This document shows positions 28,727 through 38,895 of a DNA stretch of 64,000 nucleotides, piece after piece. Each line of letters begins with the position of its first letter. Positions within the stretch are counted from its first letter, which is position 1. Source of the stretch: Vicinamibacteria bacterium (GTDB lineage Bacteria; Acidobacteriota; Vicinamibacteria; Marinacidobacterales; Marinacidobacteraceae); contig OY821641.1 in NCBI GenBank assembly GCA_963555995.3, positions 384,001-448,000 of the forward strand. Reading direction: 5' to 3'. A model generated the notes under the pieces. It was not told where the DNA came from. It saw only the letters and a list, made by a program, of their open reading frames with translations, and made no database searches. Both the position numbers and the translations under genes were made by a program.

Positions 28727-28755
28727 CCAAGGCCCCAACCCAAGTCGCGCCGCCG

Positions 28756-28872
28756 GCTTGGAACGCCGGTCTCCAGACCGGCACCCGCTGCGCGCAGCGC
28801 AGCGGACAGCACAACGCGCCCCCAACCGGGATGGCGCTGCGCCTTGGGAGCGCCGGTCTTCAGACCGGCACC
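28756..28872. repeat. Two direct REP palindromes
   Basis: ttggaacgccggtctccagaccggcac and tgggagcgccggtcttcagaccggcac. Confidence 0.78.
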
Positions 28873-28905
28873 GCAGACCTCTGACCCGACACCCTCAACA
28901 TTTCG

Positions 28906-29079
28906 TCAGTTATCAAAAAAATCACAAACATCCTGCCATTTTCGGGCCACATCGCGGGCGATTTCGACGGTCTCCGAAACGGTGCGCCCCTGCGCCAGCA
29001 GGCCCTGGATGTCCTCGGACGTTGCGAGATACGCCCCTTCCGGCAGCTTGGCGATGTGCAATCGGACGATTCGTTCCAT
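28906..29079 (-). pseudogene. hicB: HicB/DUF1902-family antitoxin, 3'-truncated
   Basis: LHIAKLPEGAYLATSEDIQGLLAQGRTVSETVEIARDVARK, then an abrupt AT-rich tail; 57 aa; no HicA partner visible. Confidence 0.65.
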
Positions 29080-29212
29080 GGCGGCCACCGTTCTTCGGTG
29101 AGCGGGTGCTGGCGAGCATAGCGAAGCGCTCCGCTCCCGACGCTCACCCGGTCCGCGGCAAACCCGCTGAACCCCTCCCTCCCAACTCCCCCGACAAGAC
29201 CGTCTCCAACCC

Positions 29213-29268
29213 CCAAAGTGTCCAGTTTTCAGATCCCATTTCTGTCCACTTTTCGAATCCCATTGACA
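29213..29268 (-). mobile_element. Orphan IS21-family-like terminal inverted repeat (no transposase in window)
   Basis: Minus strand TGTCAATGGGATTCGAAAAGTGGACAG-AAATGGGATCTGAAAACTGGACAC: a TGT terminus and two ~23-bp internal repeats; it cuts a REPIN. Confidence 0.6.
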
Positions 29269-29440
29269 GGTCCGTCTCGCCGCCCGCCTTCGGCGGGCTG
29301 TGCCGGCTGAAGCCGGCGCTCCAAGCCGCTTCGCCGTTTTCGCGACCGGTGGGGTGTGCAGGAGCACCGATCATGGGCGTTTCGCGCTCCCGCGCGATGC
29401 CGGTCGGAGACCGGCGCTCCGAACCGGCGGCGCCATCCGG
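29269..29440. repeat. Truncated REPIN plus composite repeat, direct copy of 31919-32120
   Basis: ggtccgtNtcgccgcccgccttcggcgggctgtgccggctgaagccggcg..ccaagccg...accgatc.tgggcgttt.gcgctcccg.gcgatgccgg. Confidence 0.75.
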
Positions 29441-29598
29441 GCTGGTGGCGCAGCGCCTCGGCTACCTGCTGCATCGAGTCGGCGCGTCGGACCGGGAGCC
29501 ACCGCTTGACGGCCACATCGGCAGCCGGGAACTGTGGCCCCGGTCGGGGACCGTAGAATTCCCCGCGAACCGGAACAGGATTCGTAGGCGGTCCAGAG

Positions 29599-30786
29599 TT
29601 GAAGAACATCACCAGTATTCGCCTGAACGGGTTCCTTTCGTTCGCGCCGGAAACGACCGCCCTGGGCCTGGAGCGCCTCAACGTGTTGATCGGCCCCAAC
29701 GCGTCGGGGAAGTCCAATCTCATCGAGGCTTTCGAACTGCTCCGTTCGACGCCGACCGATTTCGCCGCCGCGATCCGGGACGGAGGAGGCCCCCGCGAAT
29801 GGATCTGGAAGGGGCGTCCGCGCGCGGGGTCCGCCACCATCGAAGTCGAGTTCTCCGACCGGAATCCGGCGGGGCGGCCGCTCCGCTACCGGCTGGAGTT
29901 CTCGACGGTCCAAAACCGCGTCGAGGTACTGGACGAGGCGATCGAGAACTGCACTCCCGACCCTGGGAAGACCGACGTCTTCTTCTACTACCGCTTCCAG
30001 CGTGGCGATCCGGTGATTAACGTCCGGGAGTCCGGCGGGAACGCGGCAGGAGCGACGCGCCGCCTGAAACGCGAGGATTTCCGGCCGAACCAGTCCGTGC
30101 TCGCCCAGCGAAGGGACCCGGACCTCTATCCCGAGGTCACCTGGGTCGGCGAGGAGTTCCGGCGCATCCAGATGTTCCGGGAATGGACGTTCGGACGATT
30201 TGTCAACTTGAGGACTCCGCAACCGGCCGATCTGCCGGGGGGCCTCCTGCTGCCCGACGCGAGCAATCTCGCCCTGGTGCTGAACGAGATCGAGCACCGC
30301 GACGGCAGTCGTTTCAACGAGTTGCTCCGCCGCTTCTTTCCCCGCTTTCAGCGGATGACCACGCGCGTCGAAGGCGGCACGGTCCAGTTCTATCTGCACG
30401 AGTCCGACTTCGACGCGCCCATCCCGGCCACGCGCCTTTCCGACGGGACGATCCGGTTCATCGCGATCCTCGCCACCCTGCTCGCCTCGTCCCCGCCCCC
30501 CTTCGTCTGCATCGAGGAGCCCGAACTCGGCCTCCACCCCGACGCCGTCGCCCAGGTCGGCGATCTGCTGATCGCGGCGTCCGAGCGGATGCAGCTTCTG
30601 GTGACGACCCATTCCGAGTCCCTGGTCTCCGCGCTCACCGGCTGTCCCGATGCGGTGATCGCGTGCGAACGGCCTGCCGGCGCCACAAAGCTGCGCCGCC
30701 TGGACCCCGAAGCGCTCCAGCACTGGTTTGACGACTACCGCCTCGGTGACCTGTGGGGCATGGGAGAGCTCGGGGCGTATCCGTGA
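29599..30786 (+). CDS. ABC/SMC-like AAA_21 (AbiEii-type) ATPase
   Basis: GFLSF, LIGPNASGKSN, signature LSDGT, Walker B IEEPELGLHP, VTTHS. Confidence 0.88.
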   Translation: MKNITSIRLNGFLSFAPETTALGLERLNVLIGPNASGKSNLIEAFELLRSTPTDFAAAIRDGGGPREWIWKGRPRAGSATIEVEFSDRNPAGRPLRYRLEFSTVQNRVEVLDEAIENCTPDPGKTDVFFYYRFQRGDPVINVRESGGNAAGATRRLKREDFRPNQSVLAQRRDPDLYPEVTWVGEEFRRIQMFREWTFGRFVNLRTPQPADLPGGLLLPDASNLALVLNEIEHRDGSRFNELLRRFFPRFQRMTTRVEGGTVQFYLHESDFDAPIPATRLSDGTIRFIAILATLLASSPPPFVCIEEPELGLHPDAVAQVGDLLIAASERMQLLVTTHSESLVSALTGCPDAVIACERPAGATKLRRLDPEALQHWFDDYRLGDLWGMGELGAYP

Positions 30787-31406
30787 GCGGAATCGCGGTC
30801 TATCTCGAAGGCGGAGGGGACGGTCGGGCGACGAAGGAGGCGCTTCGCCGGGGGATGGACTCCTTCCTGGGCGTGCTGCGCACCGAGGCGCGGGCGCAGG
30901 GATGGAACTGGAAGGTGGTGGCGTGCGGCGGACGGGAGCAGGCGTTCACCGCGTGGGCATGGCGCGGACCCGACGCCGGGTACCCGATTCGCCTGCTCCT
31001 TGTGGATGCCGAGGAGCCCGTCTCGGGGGGATTCGCCGATCACCTGGCCAACCGGCGGGAGGACCAATGGCCGGTTTCTGCCGCCGACGAAGACCGGGTG
31101 CACCTCATGGTGCAGGTCATGGAAACGTGGATCGTGGCGGATGCCTCGGCCCTGTCCTCCTACTACGGAAAGGGCTTCCGCCGGGAAGCGCTGCCCACCG
31201 ACGGGCAGCTTGAAGGCGTCCGGAAATACGACATCGCGGCGGCGCTCCGAAACGCGACCCAGGCGACGGGGCCGGGGCGCTATCACAAGACCCGGCACGC
31301 TCCGGACCTGCTCGCCGGGATCAATCCGGACGAGGTGCGCCGGCGCTGCCCCGCCTGCGACCGATTGTTCCAAACGATCCGTGCGCTCCTGCGCCGCCGG
31401 GGATGA
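30783..31406 (+). CDS. DUF4276 family protein (TOPRIM-like)
   Basis: GTGA overlap with the ATPase; YLEGGG, ACGGR, LLVDAE, HLMVQVMETWIVAD, YHKT.H. Confidence 0.82.
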   Translation: MSGIAVYLEGGGDGRATKEALRRGMDSFLGVLRTEARAQGWNWKVVACGGREQAFTAWAWRGPDAGYPIRLLLVDAEEPVSGGFADHLANRREDQWPVSAADEDRVHLMVQVMETWIVADASALSSYYGKGFRREALPTDGQLEGVRKYDIAAALRNATQATGPGRYHKTRHAPDLLAGINPDEVRRRCPACDRLFQTIRALLRRRG

Positions 31407-31471
31407 CCCCGGCGTAGAGTTGCCAGCACCGGCTGGACGCGGATGGGGCGTCCACGCGCGAGGAGCCACGC

Positions 31472-31735
31472 ATGAACACCGAGGAATCCATGGCGCTGGT
31501 GCTGGCGGCGGAGGAATTCCTGGAGGTGCATCGCGACGAACTGGTCCGGCGGTACGGGGACAAGATGCTGGTGATCCGGGACGCAAAGGTCCACGGCGCC
31601 TACGCCACGTTTGACGAGGCGGTCCGGGCCGGATACACGAAGTTCGATGCGGAACCGTTTCTGGTCAGGGCCGCCATCGCGGATCGGCCGTCCGTCGCGC
31701 CGCCCGCCCACCTGGAAGCGTTGGGGCTCCTGTGA
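31472..31735 (+). CDS. Small hypothetical protein (DUF5678-like)
   Basis: RBS gaggag; F...RDEL..RY.DK.LVI....V.G.Y.TFDEA..AG...F...PFLV pattern. Confidence 0.65.
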   Translation: MNTEESMALVLAAEEFLEVHRDELVRRYGDKMLVIRDAKVHGAYATFDEAVRAGYTKFDAEPFLVRAAIADRPSVAPPAHLEALGLL

Positions 31736-31811
31736 GCGGCCGGACGATCCGGTTCGAGTCGAGAGAGGACCTGCAGCAGCGGGGGCCGGAAACAGCCGTG
31801 ATGGCGCTATC

Positions 31812-32120
31812 GGCTTGGAGCGCCGGCTTCAGCCGGCACAGTGGCCAGCGGGGCCGCGGGCGGTTCGTTGCTGCCTCGGGTGGATTGGCGCGCGCACCCG
31901 CGCCATCCCGGCGAACGAGGTCCGTGTCGCCGCCCGCCTTCGGCGGGCTGTGCCGGCTGAAGCCGGCGTTCCAAGCCGTTTCGGCATTCTCATGACGGGC
32001 GGGTTCACAAGTGACCGATCGTGGGCGTTTGGCGCTCCCGTGCGATGCCGGCCCCGACCGGGAGGACCGGCCGGCGCTCCTGGCCACCGGTTCGGGTGCT
32101 GCCGACGGGGCCGCCATCTG
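31812..32120. repeat. REPIN (inverted REP pair 31812-31978) plus composite repeat tail
   Basis: ggcttggagcgccggcttcagccggcac ... gtgccggctgaagccggcgttccaagcc. Confidence 0.78.
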
Positions 32121-32300
32121 CACGCACCGCACCGCCCGGCTCGATTCAAGATAGTGCAATCTTTGGCGTCAAATCACCAAAAACGCCTTTTTGATTCAAA
32201 GATAGTGCTATCTTGAAATCCCCGCGGGTTCCCTTCCTGGAACCGTCCCGGCGCGAAGCCGGGACCGGCGAGGGCCACTTCCCGCTCGGCCCGTGCGGGG

Positions 32301-32810
32301 CTACTCGAAGAGGGTTGCGGCGGTCTGCAGCGGCAGGAAGAGGCGGTGTGGGGCGGACGGGAAACGACGGAAGCCGTAGCGCTCGTAGAACGTGCAGGCG
32401 GCGTCGTTCTTCGCGTCCACCACGACCGCGTAGGCCGCGATCGTGGCGCTCGCCCGCACGATGCGGTGGATCGCGTCGAGCAGCAGGGACTCTCCCAGCC
32501 CGCGTCCCTGGTAGGCGCGGGAGACCGCGAGACGGCCGATCACGACGGCCGGCACCGGGTAGTGCGGCAGCCGTTTCGCGAGGTTCGCCGGCAGGGCCGC
32601 CTTCTCGAAACCGGCCGCGCTGAGGGTGTAGTACCCGGCAATCGCTTCCGGGGTATCGCCGACGGCCACGAACACCCGCGCGACCCGGCGCCGCGCGTCC
32701 TGGGCTGCCCGCCGACGGAGGTAGTCGTCGAGCGCCGGCTCGCCGCACGCGAAGGACCGGCGGTCGTGGTGGCGGCCGAGAGGCTCGATCACGAGCCTCG
32801 GCTCATTCAC
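32301..32810 (-). CDS. GNAT acetyltransferase toxin (TacT/AtaT-like)
   Basis: HDR.SF.CG...LDDYL, GYYTLSA, VPAVVIGRLAV...YQGRGLG..LL.DA, VVDAK, FYERYGF. Confidence 0.9.
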   Translation of the reverse strand: MNEPRLVIEPLGRHHDRRSFACGEPALDDYLRRRAAQDARRRVARVFVAVGDTPEAIAGYYTLSAAGFEKAALPANLAKRLPHYPVPAVVIGRLAVSRAYQGRGLGESLLLDAIHRIVRASATIAAYAVVVDAKNDAACTFYERYGFRRFPSAPHRLFLPLQTAATLFE

Positions 32811-33117
32811 CGACGCGTTCCAGGTAGCGGCGGGCTGCCGCCCTCAACGCCGCATTCGGCTCCGGCGGATGGAGCAGCGCATCGTGGAAAGCGTCCCAGT
32901 CCGTCGCCGGCAGGACGACCCGCTCACGCGCTTCGATCACCCGCTCGGCGGCGGCGATGGCGTTGGTCAGGACGAAGCGGCTCACGGTCATTTCTTCGTA
33001 GGCCGCCGCCCGCTCCAGCGTGCGCTTGCTCGGCGCGTCCAGTCTCAGGTGGACGCGGGCGCGCGTTGCTCCGGCGGCGTCGGCTATGGGTCGGGATACG
33101 GCGTTCGTGGCTGACAT
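32803..33117 (-). CDS. DUF1778 RHH antitoxin (TacA/AtaR-like)
   Basis: RVHLRL....K..LERAA......VS.FV...A...AE.VI...DW.AF..AL..PPEPN.AL; upstream of the GNAT toxin. Confidence 0.9.
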   Translation of the reverse strand: MSATNAVSRPIADAAGATRARVHLRLDAPSKRTLERAAAYEEMTVSRFVLTNAIAAAERVIEARERVVLPATDWDAFHDALLHPPEPNAALRAAARRYLERVGE

Positions 33118-33216
33118 GGCGCCATTATGGCGTACAAAGCGGGATGGAGCCCGGAAGGGCGGCCAGCTTGAAGGGAAAGGTTACAATGCCTTACTTCTCG
33201 CGAAGGAGGGGAACGA

Positions 33217-33468
33217 ATGTCGCTCACGCTCACGGTCACTGCGAAAGGACAGATCACCCTGCGCAAGAAAGTGCTCGAACATCTCGGCATCCGCAAGGGT
33301 GACCGTGTTCAGGTGGACCTGCTCCCCGAGGGCGGGGTTCGGCTCGATTCCATCGCGAGGCCGCCCATGTCGTCGTGGTTCGGGCGGTTGGAGCATCTGG
33401 GGACGGAGTCCCTCTCGATCGAGGAGATGAACGAGGTCATCGCCGCGGGATGGGCGGGCGAGAAATGA
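33217..33468 (+). CDS. AbrB/MazE/SpoVT family antitoxin
   Basis: TVTAKGQITLRK.V..HLGI..GDRV; RBS aaggagg. Confidence 0.88.
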   Translation: MSLTLTVTAKGQITLRKKVLEHLGIRKGDRVQVDLLPEGGVRLDSIARPPMSSWFGRLEHLGTESLSIEEMNEVIAAGWAGEK

Positions 33469-33881
33469 GGATCACGGCCGACACCAATCTCCTCGCGCGG
33501 GCGCTGCTTCGCGATGACCCGGAACAGACCCCCATCGCCGAAGCGCTGCTCGGCACGGCCGATCTGGTGGCGGTGCCGGCGCCCGTTCTCTGTGAGCTCG
33601 TGTGGCTGTTGACCCGCCGCTACCGACGTCCCGGGCCCGAGGTGGCGATGGACGTTCGGGCGATCACCGAGAGCGCGGCGCTGGTCACGGACCGATCGGC
33701 GCTTGACGCTGGTCTCAGGTTTCTGCGTTCCGGGGGGGATTTCGCGGACGGCGCCATTGCGTTCCAGGGGCGGGATCTCGGCGGCCGGGTGTTCGCGAGC
33801 TTCGACCGGAACGCGGTGAGGATTCTGCGGGGGATGGGCCAGGAGGCTGCCGATCCGGGCGACCTGGTGTCCACGGGCTGA
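33465..33881 (+). CDS. vapC: PIN-domain toxin (VapC family)
   Basis: ATGA overlap; ADTNLL.R, VLCELVW.L, GGDFADG.IA, F.SFD..A. Confidence 0.88.
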   Translation: MRITADTNLLARALLRDDPEQTPIAEALLGTADLVAVPAPVLCELVWLLTRRYRRPGPEVAMDVRAITESAALVTDRSALDAGLRFLRSGGDFADGAIAFQGRDLGGRVFASFDRNAVRILRGMGQEAADPGDLVSTG

Positions 33882-34036
33882 CCCGCGAGCGCAGCGCGGG
33901 TGCGGTGAGATCCCCGTAGCGGCGCCGCTTGCCCGTGCACGGGCGACTTGGCCAGCCCGGGGAGAACGCACGCGTCGCTACGCGATCCTTGGCGGCGTCA
34001 TTTGACCCGATATGACTGGTCATGGATACTGGTCAT

Positions 34037-34276
34037 ATGGAAACGATCAACGCATCCGACTTCAAGGCGCGTTGCCTCGCGGTTCTCGACCGGGTCCACG
34101 CGACGGGTGAACGCCTGGTCATCCTGAAGCGCGGCCAACCGGTCGCCGAGCTCGGGCCGGTCACCCGCGACGGCCCGGAGTATCCGCAGTTCGAGCTTCG
34201 CGGGACGGTGACGGTGTGCGGCGACATCGTGGGTCCGGCCGTTCCCGAGGACCACTGGGAGAGCCTCGCACGGTGA
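34037..34276 (+). CDS. Phd/YefM family antitoxin
   Basis: INASDFKARCLAVLDRV..TGE.LVI.KRG.PVAEL. Confidence 0.88.
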   Translation: METINASDFKARCLAVLDRVHATGERLVILKRGQPVAELGPVTRDGPEYPQFELRGTVTVCGDIVGPAVPEDHWESLAR

Positions 34277-34671
34277 AGGCGCTCCTCGATACCCACGTGC
34301 TTGTCTGGTGGCTGAGCGACCCCAACTCTCTTTCTGACGCGCAACGGCGGGTTGTGGATGCGGCGGATGCCGCATCTCCGCTGCTGGTGGCGGACATTTC
34401 GCTCTGGGAGGTCGCCACGCTGCACAGCCTCGGAAGGGTTCGCATCCGAGGATCGCTGCGTCGGTGGCTCGAGAAGGCGGTGGCGCCTCCCCTGGTGAAG
34501 CTCCAGGGGATCACCCCCGCGATCGCCGCCGAAGTGGCTGCCCTGCCGGACACCTTTCACCGGGACCCGGCGGATCGCATCCTGGTCGCCACCGCGCGGG
34601 TCATGGACGCCGTGCTCGTCACCCGGGACCAGCGGATCATCAAGGCGGGGTTGGTTCCGACGCTGAGGTGA
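34273..34671 (+). CDS. vapC: PIN-domain toxin (VapC family)
   Basis: GTGA overlap; LLDTHVLVWW, ISLWEVA, FHRDPADRILVATA, LVTRD. Confidence 0.9.
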   Translation: MKALLDTHVLVWWLSDPNSLSDAQRRVVDAADAASPLLVADISLWEVATLHSLGRVRIRGSLRRWLEKAVAPPLVKLQGITPAIAAEVAALPDTFHRDPADRILVATARVMDAVLVTRDQRIIKAGLVPTLR

Positions 34672-34751
34672 CATCGCCTCGGAGACCGGCCGGCGCTCCC
34701 GGCCAGCCGGCCGCCCGGCTGGTTCTTGTCGCTCCGCTTGCCGCGAAGCCG

Positions 34752-34783
34752 TGCTAAAATATGCGACTGATTTCGTCGGATTT
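34752..34783 (+). promoter_or_regulatory. Extended -10 promoter (TGcTAAAAT) and IscR type-1-like box upstream of the suf operon
   Basis: ATATGCGACTGATTTCGTCGGATTT (34759-34783) compared with the consensus ATASYYGACTRWWWYAGTCRRSTAT. Confidence 0.65.
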
Positions 34784-34866
34784 AGGTTGACTTCTGGTTC
34801 TTCCGGGGCGCCGGTTGGCGCGCGGGACGTTCTTCGGGTGGTCGCCGGTCCGACGGTTTTTGCCCC

Positions 34867-35322
34867 ATGATCCGACTCTCGAAGAGCACCGACTACGCGC
34901 TGATGGCGCTGGCTGACCTGGCGCTGCTGCCGGAAGGGCAGACCGTGAGCGCGCGGCGGGTGGCGGCGAGCCACAACCTGCCTCCCGAGCTCGCCGCGAA
35001 GGTGCTGCAGGGGCTCAAGAAGAGCGGGATCGTGGAGACGCGGCAGGGGATCCGGGGGGGCTACCGGCTGGCGCGCGCGCCCGAGGAGATCCCGATCACC
35101 GACGTGATCGAATCGGTCGAGGGGCCGCTGGCGCTCGTCGAGTGCATGCTTGAGGACGGCAACTGCAACCTCACTTCGACCTGCTGCGTCCGCACCCCGC
35201 TCACCCGGGTCCACGAACGGGTGCTCGCCACCCTTGCGGACCTGACCCTGGCGCAGATCGTCGCCGACGCCGATCTTTCCGGGCCGCGCGCCAGCGGACC
35301 CGAACTTCCCGTCCTCCAGTAA
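34867..35322 (+). CDS. Rrf2 family (IscR-like) Fe-S regulator
   Basis: DYAL.AL, G..GGYRLAR.PEEI...DVIE.VEGP, Cys motif C-x6-C-x5-C; first gene of the suf operon. Confidence 0.9.
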   Translation: MIRLSKSTDYALMALADLALLPEGQTVSARRVAASHNLPPELAAKVLQGLKKSGIVETRQGIRGGYRLARAPEEIPITDVIESVEGPLALVECMLEDGNCNLTSTCCVRTPLTRVHERVLATLADLTLAQIVADADLSGPRASGPELPVLQ

Positions 35323-35328
35323 CCGCCC

Positions 35329-37553
<2,225 letters not shown>

Positions 37554-37557
37554 CGCG

Positions 37558-38895
37558 ATGGGCGCAGCGGCTCCGGCGACCGTCGAGGCGCACTACCTCG
37601 ACGAGATCCCGGTCCGGGAGGGCGACCGCTACGCCCTCCGGCGGCGCGAGGCGGTCCACGAGTTCTTCCAGGCCGGCGGCTTCCCGACCGCGCGCGACGA
37701 GGACTGGCGGTTCTCCGACCTGGACGCGCTGGGCCGGACGGGCTACCGGCGGTACCCGGCCCCCGGCGGGAGGCCCGCGCCCCCCGAACTGCCGGATTGG
37801 GTCTCGGAGTTCGAGCACCGGGTGCTGCTGTCGGACGGGATCGCGCGGAACGAGGACGCAATCCACGGCGGGAACGGCGTCCGGATCGGGGTCCTGCCCC
37901 CGGTCCCGTCCGCTGACGAGCCGGACGACTGGGGCTTCGTCGCCCCCCGGGCGGCGGCGAACGGCGCCGGGGTGGATCTCGACGCCCCGCTCCGCCATCC
38001 CCTCGAGGTCCTGAACGCCGGGCTCTTCGACTGCGGCTTCCGCGTGCGGGTGGAGCGGGGCCGGGACGCGGGTCCCGTCCTGCTCCATTCGGGGCGGCGG
38101 GACACCGGCCACCCGGCGATGCTCCACCCGCGGTCGGTGATCGAGCTCGCGCCGGGCAGCCGGCTGACGGTGGTGGAAGCCCACGACGGCGCGTCGGAAA
38201 CGGCCGGCTGGACGAACCCGAGCACCCTCTGCCGCGTGGGCGAGGACGCCGAACTCCGCTACGTGCGGGTCGAGCTGGAGACCGGGCACATCGCCCACAC
38301 CGGCCGGGTCACCTTCCGGCTCGGCCGCAACGCCCGGGTGCATTCGACCGTGCTCTCGCTCACCGGCGGGAAGTCCCGCACCGACACCACCGCCGTCCTC
38401 ACCGCCGAGGGCGCCGAGGTGGAGATGGACGGCCTCTTCCTCGGGGTCGAGAAGGCGAAGGCCGACCAGCACACCCTCGCCATCCACGCGGCCCGGCACA
38501 CCACGAGCCGCCAGCTCTTCAAGAACGTGCTCGCCGACGAGGCGAGCGCCGTTTTCGACGGCAAGGTGGTGGTGGCGCCGGGCGCCATCGGGACCGACGC
38601 CAGCCAGTCGAACCGCAACCTGCTGCTGTCGAAGCAGGCGGCGGTCCACACCCGGCCCCGCCTCGAGATCAACGCCGACGACGTGAAGTGCGCCCACGGC
38701 GCGGCCATCGGCAAGCTGGACGAGGACGCGCTCTTCTATCTTCGTTCCCGGGGGCTCGGGCGGATGGATTCGCACGAGATCCTGGTTCGGGGCTTCGCCG
38801 GCGAGGTCGTCGAGAAGGTCCCGGTGGAGGCGGTGCGGGCGCTGGCCGCCGCCGGACTCCAGCGTGTCCGGGAGAGCCGGAGCTTCGCCGCATGA
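37558..38895 (+). CDS. sufD: Fe-S cluster assembly protein SufD
   Basis: FPT.RDEDWRF, S.QLFK.VL, P.LEI.ADDVKCAHGA, LFYLRSRG. Confidence 0.93.
   Translation: MGAAAPATVEAHYLDEIPVREGDRYALRRREAVHEFFQAGGFPTARDEDWRFSDLDALGRTGYRRYPAPGGRPAPPELPDWVSEFEHRVLLSDGIARNEDAIHGGNGVRIGVLPPVPSADEPDDWGFVAPRAAANGAGVDLDAPLRHPLEVLNAGLFDCGFRVRVERGRDAGPVLLHSGRRDTGHPAMLHPRSVIELAPGSRLTVVEAHDGASETAGWTNPSTLCRVGEDAELRYVRVELETGHIAHTGRVTFRLGRNARVHSTVLSLTGGKSRTDTTAVLTAEGAEVEMDGLFLGVEKAKADQHTLAIHAARHTTSRQLFKNVLADEASAVFDGKVVVAPGAIGTDASQSNRNLLLSKQAAVHTRPRLEINADDVKCAHGAAIGKLDEDALFYLRSRGLGRMDSHEILVRGFAGEVVEKVPVEAVRALAAAGLQRVRESRSFAA

Noticed and set aside
28758-29556. Small ORFs containing WNAGLQTG / CRLKPALQ / ERRLQPA peptides (also near 7.1, 16.4, 31.7, 41.0, 48.1 and 57.0 kb)
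   Set aside because: These are translations of the REP palindromes, not proteins.
20917-34671. Prophage, integron, retron or DGR as the basis of the island
   Set aside because: No integrase, reverse transcriptase, phage structural gene, attC-like repeat series or TR/VR pair was seen.
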